This document shows, piece after piece, positions 9,428-18,493 of a stretch of DNA of 42,093 nt. Numbering within the stretch: position 1 is the stretch's first letter; every line of letters starts with the position of its first letter. The translations under genes and the position numbers were made by a program. A model generated the notes under the pieces. The model was not told the DNA's origin, made no database searches, and saw only the letters and a program-made list of their open reading frames with translations. Source of the DNA: an uncultured archaeon (GTDB lineage: Archaea > Altiarchaeota > Altiarchaeia > JAFGQM01); contig CAZQBY010000002.1 of NCBI GenBank assembly GCA_964592405.1, positions 15,317 through 57,409 of the forward strand, read 5' to 3'.

Positions 9428-12400
9428 TCAGGCAAAATCAGAGAGGGAAAACTGTTTCACGCGGTCGTTCTCAAAAAGCGACTCTATTTCATCCTTTACA
9501 AGTATCATGCGTTGCTTGACGTAATCATCAGAATTGAGATGCTTCCTCACAACATCATCTGTAAGCCGGACATACTTCTCCACAGTGCCCTTTGACACCG
9601 TCAGTATTATCCTGCCACCACAATTCTCACACTTGCCGCACAGGGGAACCCGCCTGTATTTTCTGTTGCATTTAACACAGCGGAACTTCTGGCGGGCGAA
9701 GGCACGCAGATTTCCGTACGTATCCCTTATCAGATGTGAGTTTACAAGCCTTTTGGCCATATCAGAGATATCAACTGCCCGTATCTTCCTGCACAAATCC
9801 AGTTCGACATTTGTCTTTTCCTCCATGCTGCCAAGCTCTACATATCTGGAGGACTTTGGAGCTCCCATCCATGTGGAAAATTTTGTCATGCCGATATCAA
9901 ATGGGTCATTATCCAGATGCTTCTCCACAATATCTATGTCCACCTCCTTTGCCAATGGAAGATTTTGAGTCCGTTCATAAAACTCCAGAGGATATGAAGA
10001 AACAACTTCTATGCAATGTGCTTCATTGTCTACCTCTTTTGGATCCAAGTTCGTGTTTATAACAAGGGGAGCATCCATCCTCCCTCCACGGCTTTCCGGA
10101 AGATATGCATAGGAAAAGTTCAGGAGAACATCCATGAGCATCATTATGGAATCCTCATCCCCGTCGCAGTTCCTTCTTTTCGCTGAGTGCCAGAATGGGT
10201 GTGCGATTATACCCTTTACGTCAGCAAAACCGATTATTCTGCCGAGAATAGCAGCTGACGTATGTGGCGCCAGACCAACTATGAGCTGTCCTACGAGGTC
10301 CATCCGACTCCTTGCATTATAAAAGGGTTTTAGGCTGTATAACTGCTCCAGCAGATCATCTATAAAGTTACACACCCCCTTCATGTAATCCGCAGAGTCT
10401 TTCGGGATTATAACATCCTGTGGCAACAAGCGGAGTATCTGGCTGCTGTTCTCCAGTGGTTTGCCATTTATATCCGTGGTGTAACCCAACTCCCTCAGTC
10501 TCTCAACCGGAACGTTTATGTCCTTTGGCCTAAAATGGGTAGTTGGAATGTCTGTGGCATCGTAGCGTATGGTACCGTCCTTGAACACAAATACCCCATT
10601 GTTGGCACGCAATATACCCTTCTCAAGTGGCTCAGGTATCTTTATGGTGGAGGTCATTCCCCTTACGCCCTTGAGCTCACCCCCCTTCTTGCGTCTGACT
10701 CTTGATTCAGCCATGGTCAGCAGTGCCCTAACGGGGACCTCCCGCATCTCATATGGAAGTCTCTCCTTCCTGCAGCGTGGACAATTCTTTTCATGACCTG
10801 TAGAACCGCAGGAACATTTGTATTCCACCTGTGTCCGGGAACCGCAGTCCGGACATGTGGACAAAAATGTGAGTTTCTTGCACTTGGGACATCTCATTCT
10901 GGCAACCTCAGTCCTGACAAAGGTGTTCTCCGCCGCCTTGTCCACGCTCCTAGTATTGCCTGCTCTCTCGCCAACTGGAAACAGGACATGTGGAGGGGGT
11001 TCCATTTTCCGCTCTTTTGCCTTCTCCGGCCGCCCCATGCGCGCACCTATGTAGCACCCCACCTTTCTTCTGATCGTGATGGGTGAGAGTTTCTGTATGG
11101 CTTGGAGCGCACTGGCCTGATCATCCATAGATTCTGTAATCTTGGAGAATCTGCTGAAATCTGGTTTCTGGCCGTCCATCAGACCCATTGAAACCAGTAG
11201 GGGTATTGCATAATCCTCTATCACAACATCCTCACCTGAGACGATATGCGGAACCAATAGAACTTCAAGAACGCGCTTGGCCTCTTTGTTTTTGTTCTTC
11301 AGGATCAATCGATTGTCCTCCCATCTGAAACTCACAAGTGAGTGTTCAATCCACTTAACAAGCTGTTTTAACTCCATAACTGTTATATCATGCCATGGGA
11401 GCGTATATCGTGGATGCAATGGTATGCCCAGTTTTTTGGATATTTCAACTGCTTTTATACCGTCTATACCAGTTTTACCGGTTTTAGGAGATCCCTCCGC
11501 CCGAACGTACTCCTGTTCCCACCACTCCTCAACATAGCCCGATGGCGGAAGCACCTCATTTGAGTTGAGAAAATCGCCAAAGGGGATGAGCATATCACCC
11601 AGCGAGAGTATCTCTGCTATGTTGTTCTTAGCCTCTTCTGCCTCTTTGACAGTCTTCAGTATTCTGACACTGCCAGTATTGTCCTTTATGGTCGGGCCCT
11701 CAATTTCAGCACATGGGACTGCTATCATGCCCTTGCCGGGGCGCTCCACGCGCATCTGTGTACCCACAGCTGGGAATTCATTGAGTATTATCATGGTAGC
11801 CGGATGTATTGCCTTGGAGGCTATTCCGCACATATTGCTCCTACCATACCGGAGACGGAAGCCTCCCGGTCTGGAAGGATAGGCAAATATGGGCCTCCCG
11901 GCAACAATATCATCCAGATATTTGCGGTTGGGACGCATCTCAGTTCTCTGTGTTTGAACCTCGCCAGAGCTGCCTTTCTTCATATCCTTTAGCCATTCCC
12001 AGCCCTCCAGTCCGATAGCCTCGGCAAACTTGAGGACTTTTTTGTATTTTTGTGCAATGCCCTCCCCTATCACTAGGCAGACGCCCCCCCGTATCCGGTC
12101 TGTCTTTATGCGCTCAAGACCCTTGTAAATGTCTACCTCTTTATCCTCAGTTGGATCACCATCTATACATACAGGAACATTGCGAAGTATCAGTTCTATC
12201 TCTTCATCAGTGGGCATGTATTGCAGCCTGACAATCCTGCGGTGGTATATCTTTATCTCCTCTTTATAGCGCTCTATTTCTGTGTTTGTGGGACGGTAAT
12301 CGCTAATTCCCACCTTGCGGCGTATATAGTCTCCAAGCAGAACACTAAGAGCTGCAGCAGTGCCCCCTGCCCCTCTGATGGGTCCTGCAAAATATATGCT

Positions 12401-12802
12401 CAGGTAGTCGGAGCCGTCCGGATTCCTCTCAATGCAGACCTTGGATATTCCCTCCAAGGGAGCAGAAACCACACCTTCTGTGAGGATGGCAAGCGCAGTT
12501 CTGACGGCCTGCTCTATCCTTTGCTCCCTGCTCTGGTCCTTGAGATAGGTGCCCTTTATTATCCAGTCTATGATATGCTCGACTATTCTCTCTCTTGACA
12601 GGCCCTCATCCTGTGCTTTTTTTATCTCGTCTGCAATATATTTTGGACCGACCAGCCCCTCGACCCTTTCGGCCAGGTTCCGAGTAGGAAGGGCCTCCAC
12701 CTCCAAGGACGGATCAAACCCTTTTGTGCGCGCTGCCGCAGCTATTTTATACTGTGCAGCCACCTGTTCGTCAAGTCTCCTCAAATAGGTCTGTATATCC
12801 AC
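9428..12802 (-). CDS. polC: DNA polymerase D large subunit DP2, no intein evident
   Basis: YFAGPIRGAGGTA, GGFRLRYGR, IGARMGRPEKAK, central Cys clusters, KRRNCDGDED catalytic motif, C-terminal zinc finger. GTG start. Confidence 0.98.
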   Translation of the reverse strand: MDIQTYLRRLDEQVAAQYKIAAAARTKGFDPSLEVEALPTRNLAERVEGLVGPKYIADEIKKAQDEGLSRERIVEHIIDWIIKGTYLKDQSREQRIEQAVRTALAILTEGVVSAPLEGISKVCIERNPDGSDYLSIYFAGPIRGAGGTAAALSVLLGDYIRRKVGISDYRPTNTEIERYKEEIKIYHRRIVRLQYMPTDEEIELILRNVPVCIDGDPTEDKEVDIYKGLERIKTDRIRGGVCLVIGEGIAQKYKKVLKFAEAIGLEGWEWLKDMKKGSSGEVQTQRTEMRPNRKYLDDIVAGRPIFAYPSRPGGFRLRYGRSNMCGIASKAIHPATMIILNEFPAVGTQMRVERPGKGMIAVPCAEIEGPTIKDNTGSVRILKTVKEAEEAKNNIAEILSLGDMLIPFGDFLNSNEVLPPSGYVEEWWEQEYVRAEGSPKTGKTGIDGIKAVEISKKLGIPLHPRYTLPWHDITVMELKQLVKWIEHSLVSFRWEDNRLILKNKNKEAKRVLEVLLVPHIVSGEDVVIEDYAIPLLVSMGLMDGQKPDFSRFSKITESMDDQASALQAIQKLSPITIRRKVGCYIGARMGRPEKAKERKMEPPPHVLFPVGERAGNTRSVDKAAENTFVRTEVARMRCPKCKKLTFLSTCPDCGSRTQVEYKCSCGSTGHEKNCPRCRKERLPYEMREVPVRALLTMAESRVRRKKGGELKGVRGMTSTIKIPEPLEKGILRANNGVFVFKDGTIRYDATDIPTTHFRPKDINVPVERLRELGYTTDINGKPLENSSQILRLLPQDVIIPKDSADYMKGVCNFIDDLLEQLYSLKPFYNARSRMDLVGQLIVGLAPHTSAAILGRIIGFADVKGIIAHPFWHSAKRRNCDGDEDSIMMLMDVLLNFSYAYLPESRGGRMDAPLVINTNLDPKEVDNEAHCIEVVSSYPLEFYERTQNLPLAKEVDIDIVEKHLDNDPFDIGMTKFSTWMGAPKSSRYVELGSMEEKTNVELDLCRKIRAVDISDMAKRLVNSHLIRDTYGNLRAFARQKFRCVKCNRKYRRVPLCGKCENCGGRIILTVSKGTVEKYVRLTDDVVRKHLNSDDYVKQRMILVKDEIESLFENDRVKQFSLSDFA

Positions 12803-12842
12803 CCCTCAATAAATTAACAGGAAAATGTTATAAATGTAGATG

Positions 12843-12900
12843 TCAGTAGCTACCCGTCTCATCACAGCAGGGCTCAGTGACTGGGTTATGCTGTCATCAT
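12843..12900 (-). ncRNA. Box C/D 2'-O-methylation guide sRNA
   Basis: Minus strand reads ATGATGA-cagcataacccagtca-CTGA-gccctgct-GTGATGA-gacgggtagcta-CTGA. Consensus C, D', C' and D boxes in order over 58 nt of intergenic DNA. Confidence 0.88.
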
Positions 12901-12992
12901 ACCTTATTTTTGAGGCTCAGAGGGCAAAAACCCTTTTACATTTTTCATGGGCAAATCTTTTTCATAATCAACTCCTTAATAAATTGGAAAAA

Positions 12993-13388
12993 ATGGTCAC
13001 CAAACACCCTAATAAGGTTCCTAAGATTCCTAAGAACATGTCGCTGAGGCACATAACAATTAGGGGGGATTTTCGAAGGCTATTCCCTAGGGTTGGGGAA
13101 CCCGTTCATGAAACTGTGAAGATAACAAGAGGTAGTAGTATAATGGACGTGAGGCTTCAACTCCACATGGCGTATGATGAGGAAGGCAATCCTAGTCACA
13201 TAATAGTTCAGGCACATCCAAGAACAGAGATAGGAAAAACTATAAGAGACTTTAAATTGCGCTCAAAGACTACTGGTAAGATAATTCTCCCTAAGGAGGT
13301 CAAAAGGAGGATTGGGAAACTGTGTGATTCAAAATTCGGCTCGAAACGTCTGCCTATCATATATGCTCTCGGACCCCATGGGGATTAA
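12993..13388 (+). CDS. Hypothetical basic protein (131 aa)
   Basis: Start moved to MVTKHPNK because the upstream part of the ORF overlaps the sRNA. K/R-rich orphan. Confidence 0.65.
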   Translation: MVTKHPNKVPKIPKNMSLRHITIRGDFRRLFPRVGEPVHETVKITRGSSIMDVRLQLHMAYDEEGNPSHIIVQAHPRTEIGKTIRDFKLRSKTTGKIILPKEVKRRIGKLCDSKFGSKRLPIIYALGPHGD

Positions 13389-13392
13389 CTGT

Positions 13393-14406
13393 TTACAGCC
13401 CCTTCTCCGCCATGAATGCTGCCAAGTCTATCAGGCGCGCAGAGTAACCCATCTCGTTGTCATACCAGGCAAAGACCTTGACCAGGTCGCCTATCACGTT
13501 GGTCATCAGGCCGTCGACTATGGCAGAATCCATAGTAGTCGTGTAGTCCACCGAAACCAATGGGACTTCAGTGTAGGACAGGATTCCTTTGAGCTTCCCT
13601 GCGGCCGCCTTTTTGTAGATTGAATTGATTTCCTCCACGCTGGTCTCCCTGCCCACCTTGGCCACCAGGTCCACTATGGACACGTCGGGCGTCGGGACTC
13701 TCACCGCCACCCCGTCAAGCTTGCCCTTGAGCTCCGGGATGACCAGACCCGTGGCTTTTGCTGCGCCCGTGGATGTGGGGACCATCGACATGGCCGCGGC
13801 GCGGGCCCTGCGGAAATCCTTCTTGTGGGAGCCGTCGAGCAGCCTCTGGTCGCCGGTGTAGGCATGTATTGTGGTGCAGAAGCCGCTTTTGATTTCCAAG
13901 GCGCCATTCAGCACCTTAGCCACAGGGGCCAGGCAGTTGGTGGTGCAGGAGGCGTTAGAAACGACGTTGTGCTTGTCCGGGTCGTAGGTGTCCTCGTTGA
14001 CACCAAGCACGAAGGTGGCGTCCACATCCTTGCCCGGCGCGCTGATTATGACCTTTTTGGCGCCGGCCTTGAGGTGGTCAGCGGCCTGCGGCCCCTTGCG
14101 GAACTTGCCCGTTGACTCTATGACTATGTCCACGCCGTTCTCCCCCCAGGGTATGTTAGCCAGCGAATCGCTGATTGCGGTGAACTTCACTTCCCTGCCG
14201 TCCACTGAGATGCCGTCATCCGTGGCCCTAACCTCTTTGCCCAAGATGCCGTGCACAGAGTCGTATTTGTACAGATGGGCCATCTGCTCGTTGTCGGAGC
14301 TGCGTGTGTTGACCATGACCACTTCCACGTCCTTCCTCCCTTCAGCCGCACGCATGGCGAGCCTGCCCGTCCTTCCAAAACCGTTTATGCCTATTCTGAC
14401 TGTCAT
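13393..14406 (-). CDS. gap: Glyceraldehyde-3-phosphate dehydrogenase, class I (bacterial type)
   Basis: IGINGFGRTGR, SNASCTTNCLAP active site, RVPTPDVS, AWYDNEMGYS. Start at MTVRIG. Confidence 0.96.
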   Translation of the reverse strand: MTVRIGINGFGRTGRLAMRAAEGRKDVEVVMVNTRSSDNEQMAHLYKYDSVHGILGKEVRATDDGISVDGREVKFTAISDSLANIPWGENGVDIVIESTGKFRKGPQAADHLKAGAKKVIISAPGKDVDATFVLGVNEDTYDPDKHNVVSNASCTTNCLAPVAKVLNGALEIKSGFCTTIHAYTGDQRLLDGSHKKDFRRARAAAMSMVPTSTGAAKATGLVIPELKGKLDGVAVRVPTPDVSIVDLVAKVGRETSVEEINSIYKKAAAGKLKGILSYTEVPLVSVDYTTTMDSAIVDGLMTNVIGDLVKVFAWYDNEMGYSARLIDLAAFMAEKGL

Positions 14407-14530
14407 TTTTACCGACCCCGATTTTGTAGTTATACGAGTTATTAAACCCTTATAGGATAAAAAGGTTTCGATTTGGAGAAAATATGTAATGGCATTCTGT
14501 TTCCAAACAGCTTTATGGAATAACATACTT

Positions 14531-14828
14531 CTATATGTGATATTTATTCTTGTCCGGCATGCGCCTTTTTGTCATCTTTGCCAATTGCTCTCTCACCATG
14601 AGCGATGTTAGAAAGTCACGGCCATGTATTATGGAGAATGGACTGGAGAAGTGGGGTTCGTTCCTGGAGAACTGCCAGGGGGTCCACATATAGGCATCCA
14701 TAGTGAAGCCCATCTCATTGGCCAGCTCATTGATCGGGACCAGATAATCATGGTCTGGCGCGGATATCATCTATCCGGGCTTTGACTGCTTCGAGCTCTT
14801 TATTCCCCAGAATCTTCTTCTTAGGCAC
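14531..14828 (-). pseudogene. Small orphan gene apparently split by a +1 frameshift
   Basis: GTG at 14828 gives [29 protein letters not shown]; the +1 frame continues [15 protein letters not shown]... to the stop at 14531. Confidence 0.45.
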
Positions 14829-14880
14829 GTATTTATTTCATTACCTGGTTTTTAAATCTCACGCGTCAAAGATATCCACA

Positions 14881-15678
14881 ATGATTTCTGGCAAGAGCAT
14901 TCGCATGGAGCGGATAATGGACAGGAAGACCATGAGGACCATAATCGTCCCCATGGACCACGGCATCAGCTCCGGCCCTATCGCGGGGCTCGAGAACATG
15001 GCCAGGGCAGTCGACTCAGTGGTCAACGGCGGCGCGAACGCGGTGCTGCTCCACAAGGGCATCGTGAGCAGCGGCCACCGGGGCTATGGCAGGGACGTCG
15101 GCCTCATAATCCATCTTTCAGGCTCAACATCAATGGCACCGGACCCGAACGCCAAGAAGCTTGTGACAACTGTGGAGCAGGCGGTCAAGATGGGTGCCGA
15201 CGCAGTTTCTGTGCACATAAACATAGGCGCAGAGACAGAGGGGGAGATGCTACAGGATCTTGGCATGATTTCAGAGGTGGCTGATGAATGGGGTATGCCC
15301 CTGCTGGCCATGATGTATCCAAGAGGTCATGATGTAAAAGACCCGTATGACGTCGACGTCGTAAAACTGGCGACGCGCATAGGCGTGGAGCTGGGCGCTG
15401 ACATTATCAAAACCAACTACACCGGCGACCCGGACAGCTTCCGCGAGGTGATCAGGGGAGCAGGTAGGGTGCCTGTAGTCATCGCAGGCGGCGAGAAGGC
15501 CAAGAACATCCGCGATGTCCTGCAGACAGTCAAGGACAGTGTAGAAGCAGGCGGAGCCGGAGTAGCCATGGGCAGAAATGTCTTCCAAGCCGATGATCCT
15601 GCCAAGATGGTGGCCGCAGTAGCTGCAATAGTGCATAAAGACAAGAGCGTGGAAGAGGCGCTTGACATCCTGAAGTGA
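14881..15678 (+). CDS. aroA': 2-amino-3,7-dideoxy-D-threo-hept-6-ulosonate synthase (DhnA-family aldolase, MJ0400 type)
   Basis: [48 protein letters not shown]; lies upstream of DHQ synthase II. Confidence 0.88.
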   Translation: MISGKSIRMERIMDRKTMRTIIVPMDHGISSGPIAGLENMARAVDSVVNGGANAVLLHKGIVSSGHRGYGRDVGLIIHLSGSTSMAPDPNAKKLVTTVEQAVKMGADAVSVHINIGAETEGEMLQDLGMISEVADEWGMPLLAMMYPRGHDVKDPYDVDVVKLATRIGVELGADIIKTNYTGDPDSFREVIRGAGRVPVVIAGGEKAKNIRDVLQTVKDSVEAGGAGVAMGRNVFQADDPAKMVAAVAAIVHKDKSVEEALDILK

Positions 15679-15756
15679 GTTTATGGAGAGCATGAACATA
15701 TCCGGCTAGGTTATCCTAAGCTGGCTTTTCTTCCTTTTCCTGATAAACTTTGGAAG

Positions 15757-16221
15757 ATGCCCGAGGACAGGGACATCAGAGAGCAGCTCCAAAAGGAAAG
15801 GAGACAGCTGACCATAGAGCTGTTGCGCGCCATCAGAGCGAAGAATCTCGCCGAGGTGAGGAGGCTCGTGGCAAGGGGCGCCGACGTCACTGAGGAGATA
15901 GCAGGGGGACTGGCAATACATCACGCAGCGAAGTCGGGAGCTGCAGAGATTCTAGATTATCTATTGCAGCAGCATGGCAGTTTGGCTGACGCAAGAACCA
16001 ACGAAGGCGACAGCGTTGGACACATACTAGCCAGGAAGGCTGAAGACAGAAATCCGGAGCATGTAGCGGCTGTGAGAGCCTATCTTAGAGCAAACCCGAA
16101 TTTGAGTCTAAAGAACAAGCGGGAGGGAGCTCTTCCGCACGAGATAGCGCGCAGGAGGGGGCAGAAAGTCATAAGCGGGTTGCTCAGGCCCCCGAGGGGA
16201 AGCAAACGCCGGCACCGTTAG
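15757..16221 (+). CDS. Ankyrin-repeat protein with basic C-terminal tail
   Basis: VRRLVARGADV, GLAIHHAA, GDSVGHILA, GALPHEIA; tail RPPRGSKRRHR. Confidence 0.8.
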   Translation: MPEDRDIREQLQKERRQLTIELLRAIRAKNLAEVRRLVARGADVTEEIAGGLAIHHAAKSGAAEILDYLLQQHGSLADARTNEGDSVGHILARKAEDRNPEHVAAVRAYLRANPNLSLKNKREGALPHEIARRRGQKVISGLLRPPRGSKRRHR

Positions 16222-16226
16222 ATTCT

Positions 16227-16266
16227 CCATTTTATTCCACTAACTCAAAATATCAGTCCTTATTCT
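16227..16266 (+). repeat. Direct repeat copy 1 (about 40 bp, 19-bp exact core)
   Basis: CCATTTTATT-N11-AAATATCAGTCCTTATTCT; core at 16248-16266. Confidence 0.8.
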
Positions 16267-16306
16267 TTAAGCTTTTTAAATTTTATTCATAATTTTGCAC
16301 ATCAAG

Positions 16307-16789
16307 ATGTCCTCAAAAGGTGGGGGGCTCCCCTTGGGAAGAAGGATAGTCCGCACAAAGCCGAATGAGGTGGACCGCCAGTTCAGCCGGTTCGTTGAGG
16401 AAGGCAGTTTTGAGCAAGTGGCAGACCATATGCAATGGAAGCCCAGCCTCAACACCCCGGTTGATGGAAAGACACCGCTGCATAGGGCTGTGGAGAGGGG
16501 AGACTACAAACTAGTCCAATTTCTGCTCCTGAACGGCGCAGACCCTGCGATTAGGGACCACAGAGGTGACACAGTTCTCCATAAGGCTGCGGATATGGGC
16601 CGGGGAGACCTGCTTGATTTGATATTTGAGTATGGGGGGAATCCGGAGTGGGTTGACAAGAAGGGACGCTATGCAGACCACAGGGCTAGAGAAGCGGGCC
16701 ACAAATTTATCGCCGACCACCTCCTCAAAAGGAGGACAACCGGGCATGGTATGTCGTGGTGGTACCATCCCAGGAGACCGCACAAGTAA
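16307..16789 (+). CDS. Ankyrin-repeat protein with basic termini
   Basis: GKTPLHRAVERGDYKLVQFLLLNGADP, GDTVLHKAADMG; tail HPRRPHK. First ATG used. Confidence 0.9.
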   Translation: MSSKGGGLPLGRRIVRTKPNEVDRQFSRFVEEGSFEQVADHMQWKPSLNTPVDGKTPLHRAVERGDYKLVQFLLLNGADPAIRDHRGDTVLHKAADMGRGDLLDLIFEYGGNPEWVDKKGRYADHRAREAGHKFIADHLLKRRTTGHGMSWWYHPRRPHK

Positions 16790-16829
16790 TTTCATAACAA
16801 AAATTTTCATAAAAATATCAATTATTACA

Positions 16830-17351
16830 ATGGCGCGCAGGGTAAGTCACAGGGAGCTGCCAACATTTGGAGTCCACACATCCACAAAGGGAGTCCTGCC
16901 CCATGAAGTGGATGAATACTACGGGCACGCCTATTTCTTTGAGCCGCAAAACATGAGCAGAAGGGATTTCCATCAGGCATTAAGGCATTTCCTAAAATTC
17001 CATGCCAGCCCGGATAAACCAGTAGTGGTGCTTCTGCCCACAAAACGCACAGTTGCCAAGGCAGGAGTAGACTGGTTAAGCAACGTCAGGATCCGTGCGG
17101 GGGAATTCACTATTGAAAGAAGAAGGCGTTTTGGAGGAGGTACCAGCATATGGGACAGGCATCTGGCCGTTCTCTCCCCTAGGGACGATGAAAGAAGCCT
17201 TGAAAGTGCCCGCAGGGCATGGCGCAGGAAATATGGAGATGCGCCAATGAAGGGCATAGGCTGGGAGAACTTCCATGCAGAATGGATCGCCAGGCTAAGG
17301 AAGGCTGAGCTTATGAGGATTCTGAACGACTGGAGAAGAAAACAGAAATAG
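16830..17351 (+). CDS. Hypothetical Arg-rich protein (173 aa)
   Basis: ATG after an AT-rich spacer; MARRVSH...WRRKQK. No recognised domain. Confidence 0.7.
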   Translation: MARRVSHRELPTFGVHTSTKGVLPHEVDEYYGHAYFFEPQNMSRRDFHQALRHFLKFHASPDKPVVVLLPTKRTVAKAGVDWLSNVRIRAGEFTIERRRRFGGGTSIWDRHLAVLSPRDDERSLESARRAWRRKYGDAPMKGIGWENFHAEWIARLRKAELMRILNDWRRKQK

Positions 17352-17434
17352 GCTCAATTAGTCCCATTCCCGCCGGCTGAAGCAACATTCTACTAAAGAG
17401 AGGCCGGGTTTTGCCTATAAACCACTGAGGCAAG

Positions 17435-17475
17435 CCATTTTTATTGTGCATTCAGCAAATATCAGTCCTTATTCT
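17435..17475 (+). repeat. Direct repeat copy 2 (about 40 bp, 19-bp exact core)
   Basis: CCATTTTTATT-N11-AAATATCAGTCCTTATTCT; core at 17457-17475, 13 bp before the aroB' start. Confidence 0.8.
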
Positions 17476-17488
17476 GCAACCCCAAACA

Positions 17489-18493
17489 ATGAGCAAACTT
17501 CTGTGGGTTTCTGCCATCGGTAATACGCCATGGGAGAAGCGAAAGGAGAGGATAACCGCTGCTCTTGAAGCAGGCGCTGGTGCGGTGCTGGTTAATTCCG
17601 GCGAAGCCAAGAAGGTCAAGGAGCTGGGAAACATAGCAGTGGTTGGTGAGGATATCAAAGCCAAATTCATCGAGATAAAAAACAAGAATGATGAGCTAAA
17701 GGCCGCCAAGGAAGCAAAGTCGGGGACTGTCATTGTCTCTACCACTGACTGGACTATCATCCCATTGGAAAATCTTATAGCTGCCAAGCAGAAGGGAAAG
17801 GGTACCCTCATCGCGCGCGTTGCTTCCGTTCCTGATGCAAAGGTTGCCCTGGAGACACTTGAGGCTGGTGTAGATGGAATACTCTTCGAAGGAAAAACAT
17901 CTGATATAAAGAGGATCAAGGAGCTTATAGAGAAAATTGGCTCACAAAAAATTGAACTTGTTACTGCTGTTGTTACAAATGTTCGGCCAGTTGGTATGGG
18001 GGACAGGGTCTGTGTGGACACCTGCTCACTCTTTGAGAAGGGCGAGGGAATGCTCGTCGGGTCGGCCAGTTCTGGTCTGTTTTTGGTCCACTCTGAAACA
18101 CTCGAATCGCCGTATGTAGCCGCCCGGCCGTTCAGGGTGAATGCAGGGCCTGTGCATGCATACACGCTCCTGCCGGATGGAAAGACCACCTACCTCAGCG
18201 AGCTGGACAGCGGAGATGAGATTCTTGCGGTTAACTACAGGGGTAACACGCGGACAATGGTAATCGGGCGGCTGAAAATAGAGAAAAGGCCGCTGATTTT
18301 GGTAGAGGCAAAGGTGGGAAAAAAGACCATCAAAACCATCCTGCAAAACGCGGAGACCATACGTCTAACAGGCAGGGATGGGAAGGCTATATCAGTTGCC
18401 CAACTCAAAAGGGGTGATGAGGTGCTCGCTTATGTTGAGGAAGGTGGAAGGCACTTTGGTATGTCTGTGAGGGAGAGTATCAAGGAAAAATGA
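17489..18493 (+). CDS. aroB': 3-dehydroquinate synthase II (MJ1249 type)
   Basis: DWTIIPLENLIA, GDRVCVDTCS, GEGMLVGS, RPFRVNAGPVHAY, QNAETIRL, GRHFG. Confidence 0.95.
   Translation: MSKLLWVSAIGNTPWEKRKERITAALEAGAGAVLVNSGEAKKVKELGNIAVVGEDIKAKFIEIKNKNDELKAAKEAKSGTVIVSTTDWTIIPLENLIAAKQKGKGTLIARVASVPDAKVALETLEAGVDGILFEGKTSDIKRIKELIEKIGSQKIELVTAVVTNVRPVGMGDRVCVDTCSLFEKGEGMLVGSASSGLFLVHSETLESPYVAARPFRVNAGPVHAYTLLPDGKTTYLSELDSGDEILAVNYRGNTRTMVIGRLKIEKRPLILVEAKVGKKTIKTILQNAETIRLTGRDGKAISVAQLKRGDEVLAYVEEGGRHFGMSVRESIKEK

Noticed and set aside
9428-12802. Intein in DP2 or Cdc6
   Set aside because: Lengths are normal, the sequence around KRRNCDGDED is uninterrupted, and no LAGLIDADG or HN-C junction is visible.
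14881-15678. Class I fructose-bisphosphate aldolase call, given the neighbouring gap gene
   Set aside because: GHRGYGRD and AMMYPRG motifs plus linkage to DHQ synthase II favour ADH synthase; dual activity is not excluded.
17373-17433. Two small hairpins (CCGGC/GCCGG and TTGCCT/AGGCAA) upstream of aroB'
   Set aside because: Stems of 5-6 bp only; no riboswitch, SECIS or H/ACA consensus could be supported.
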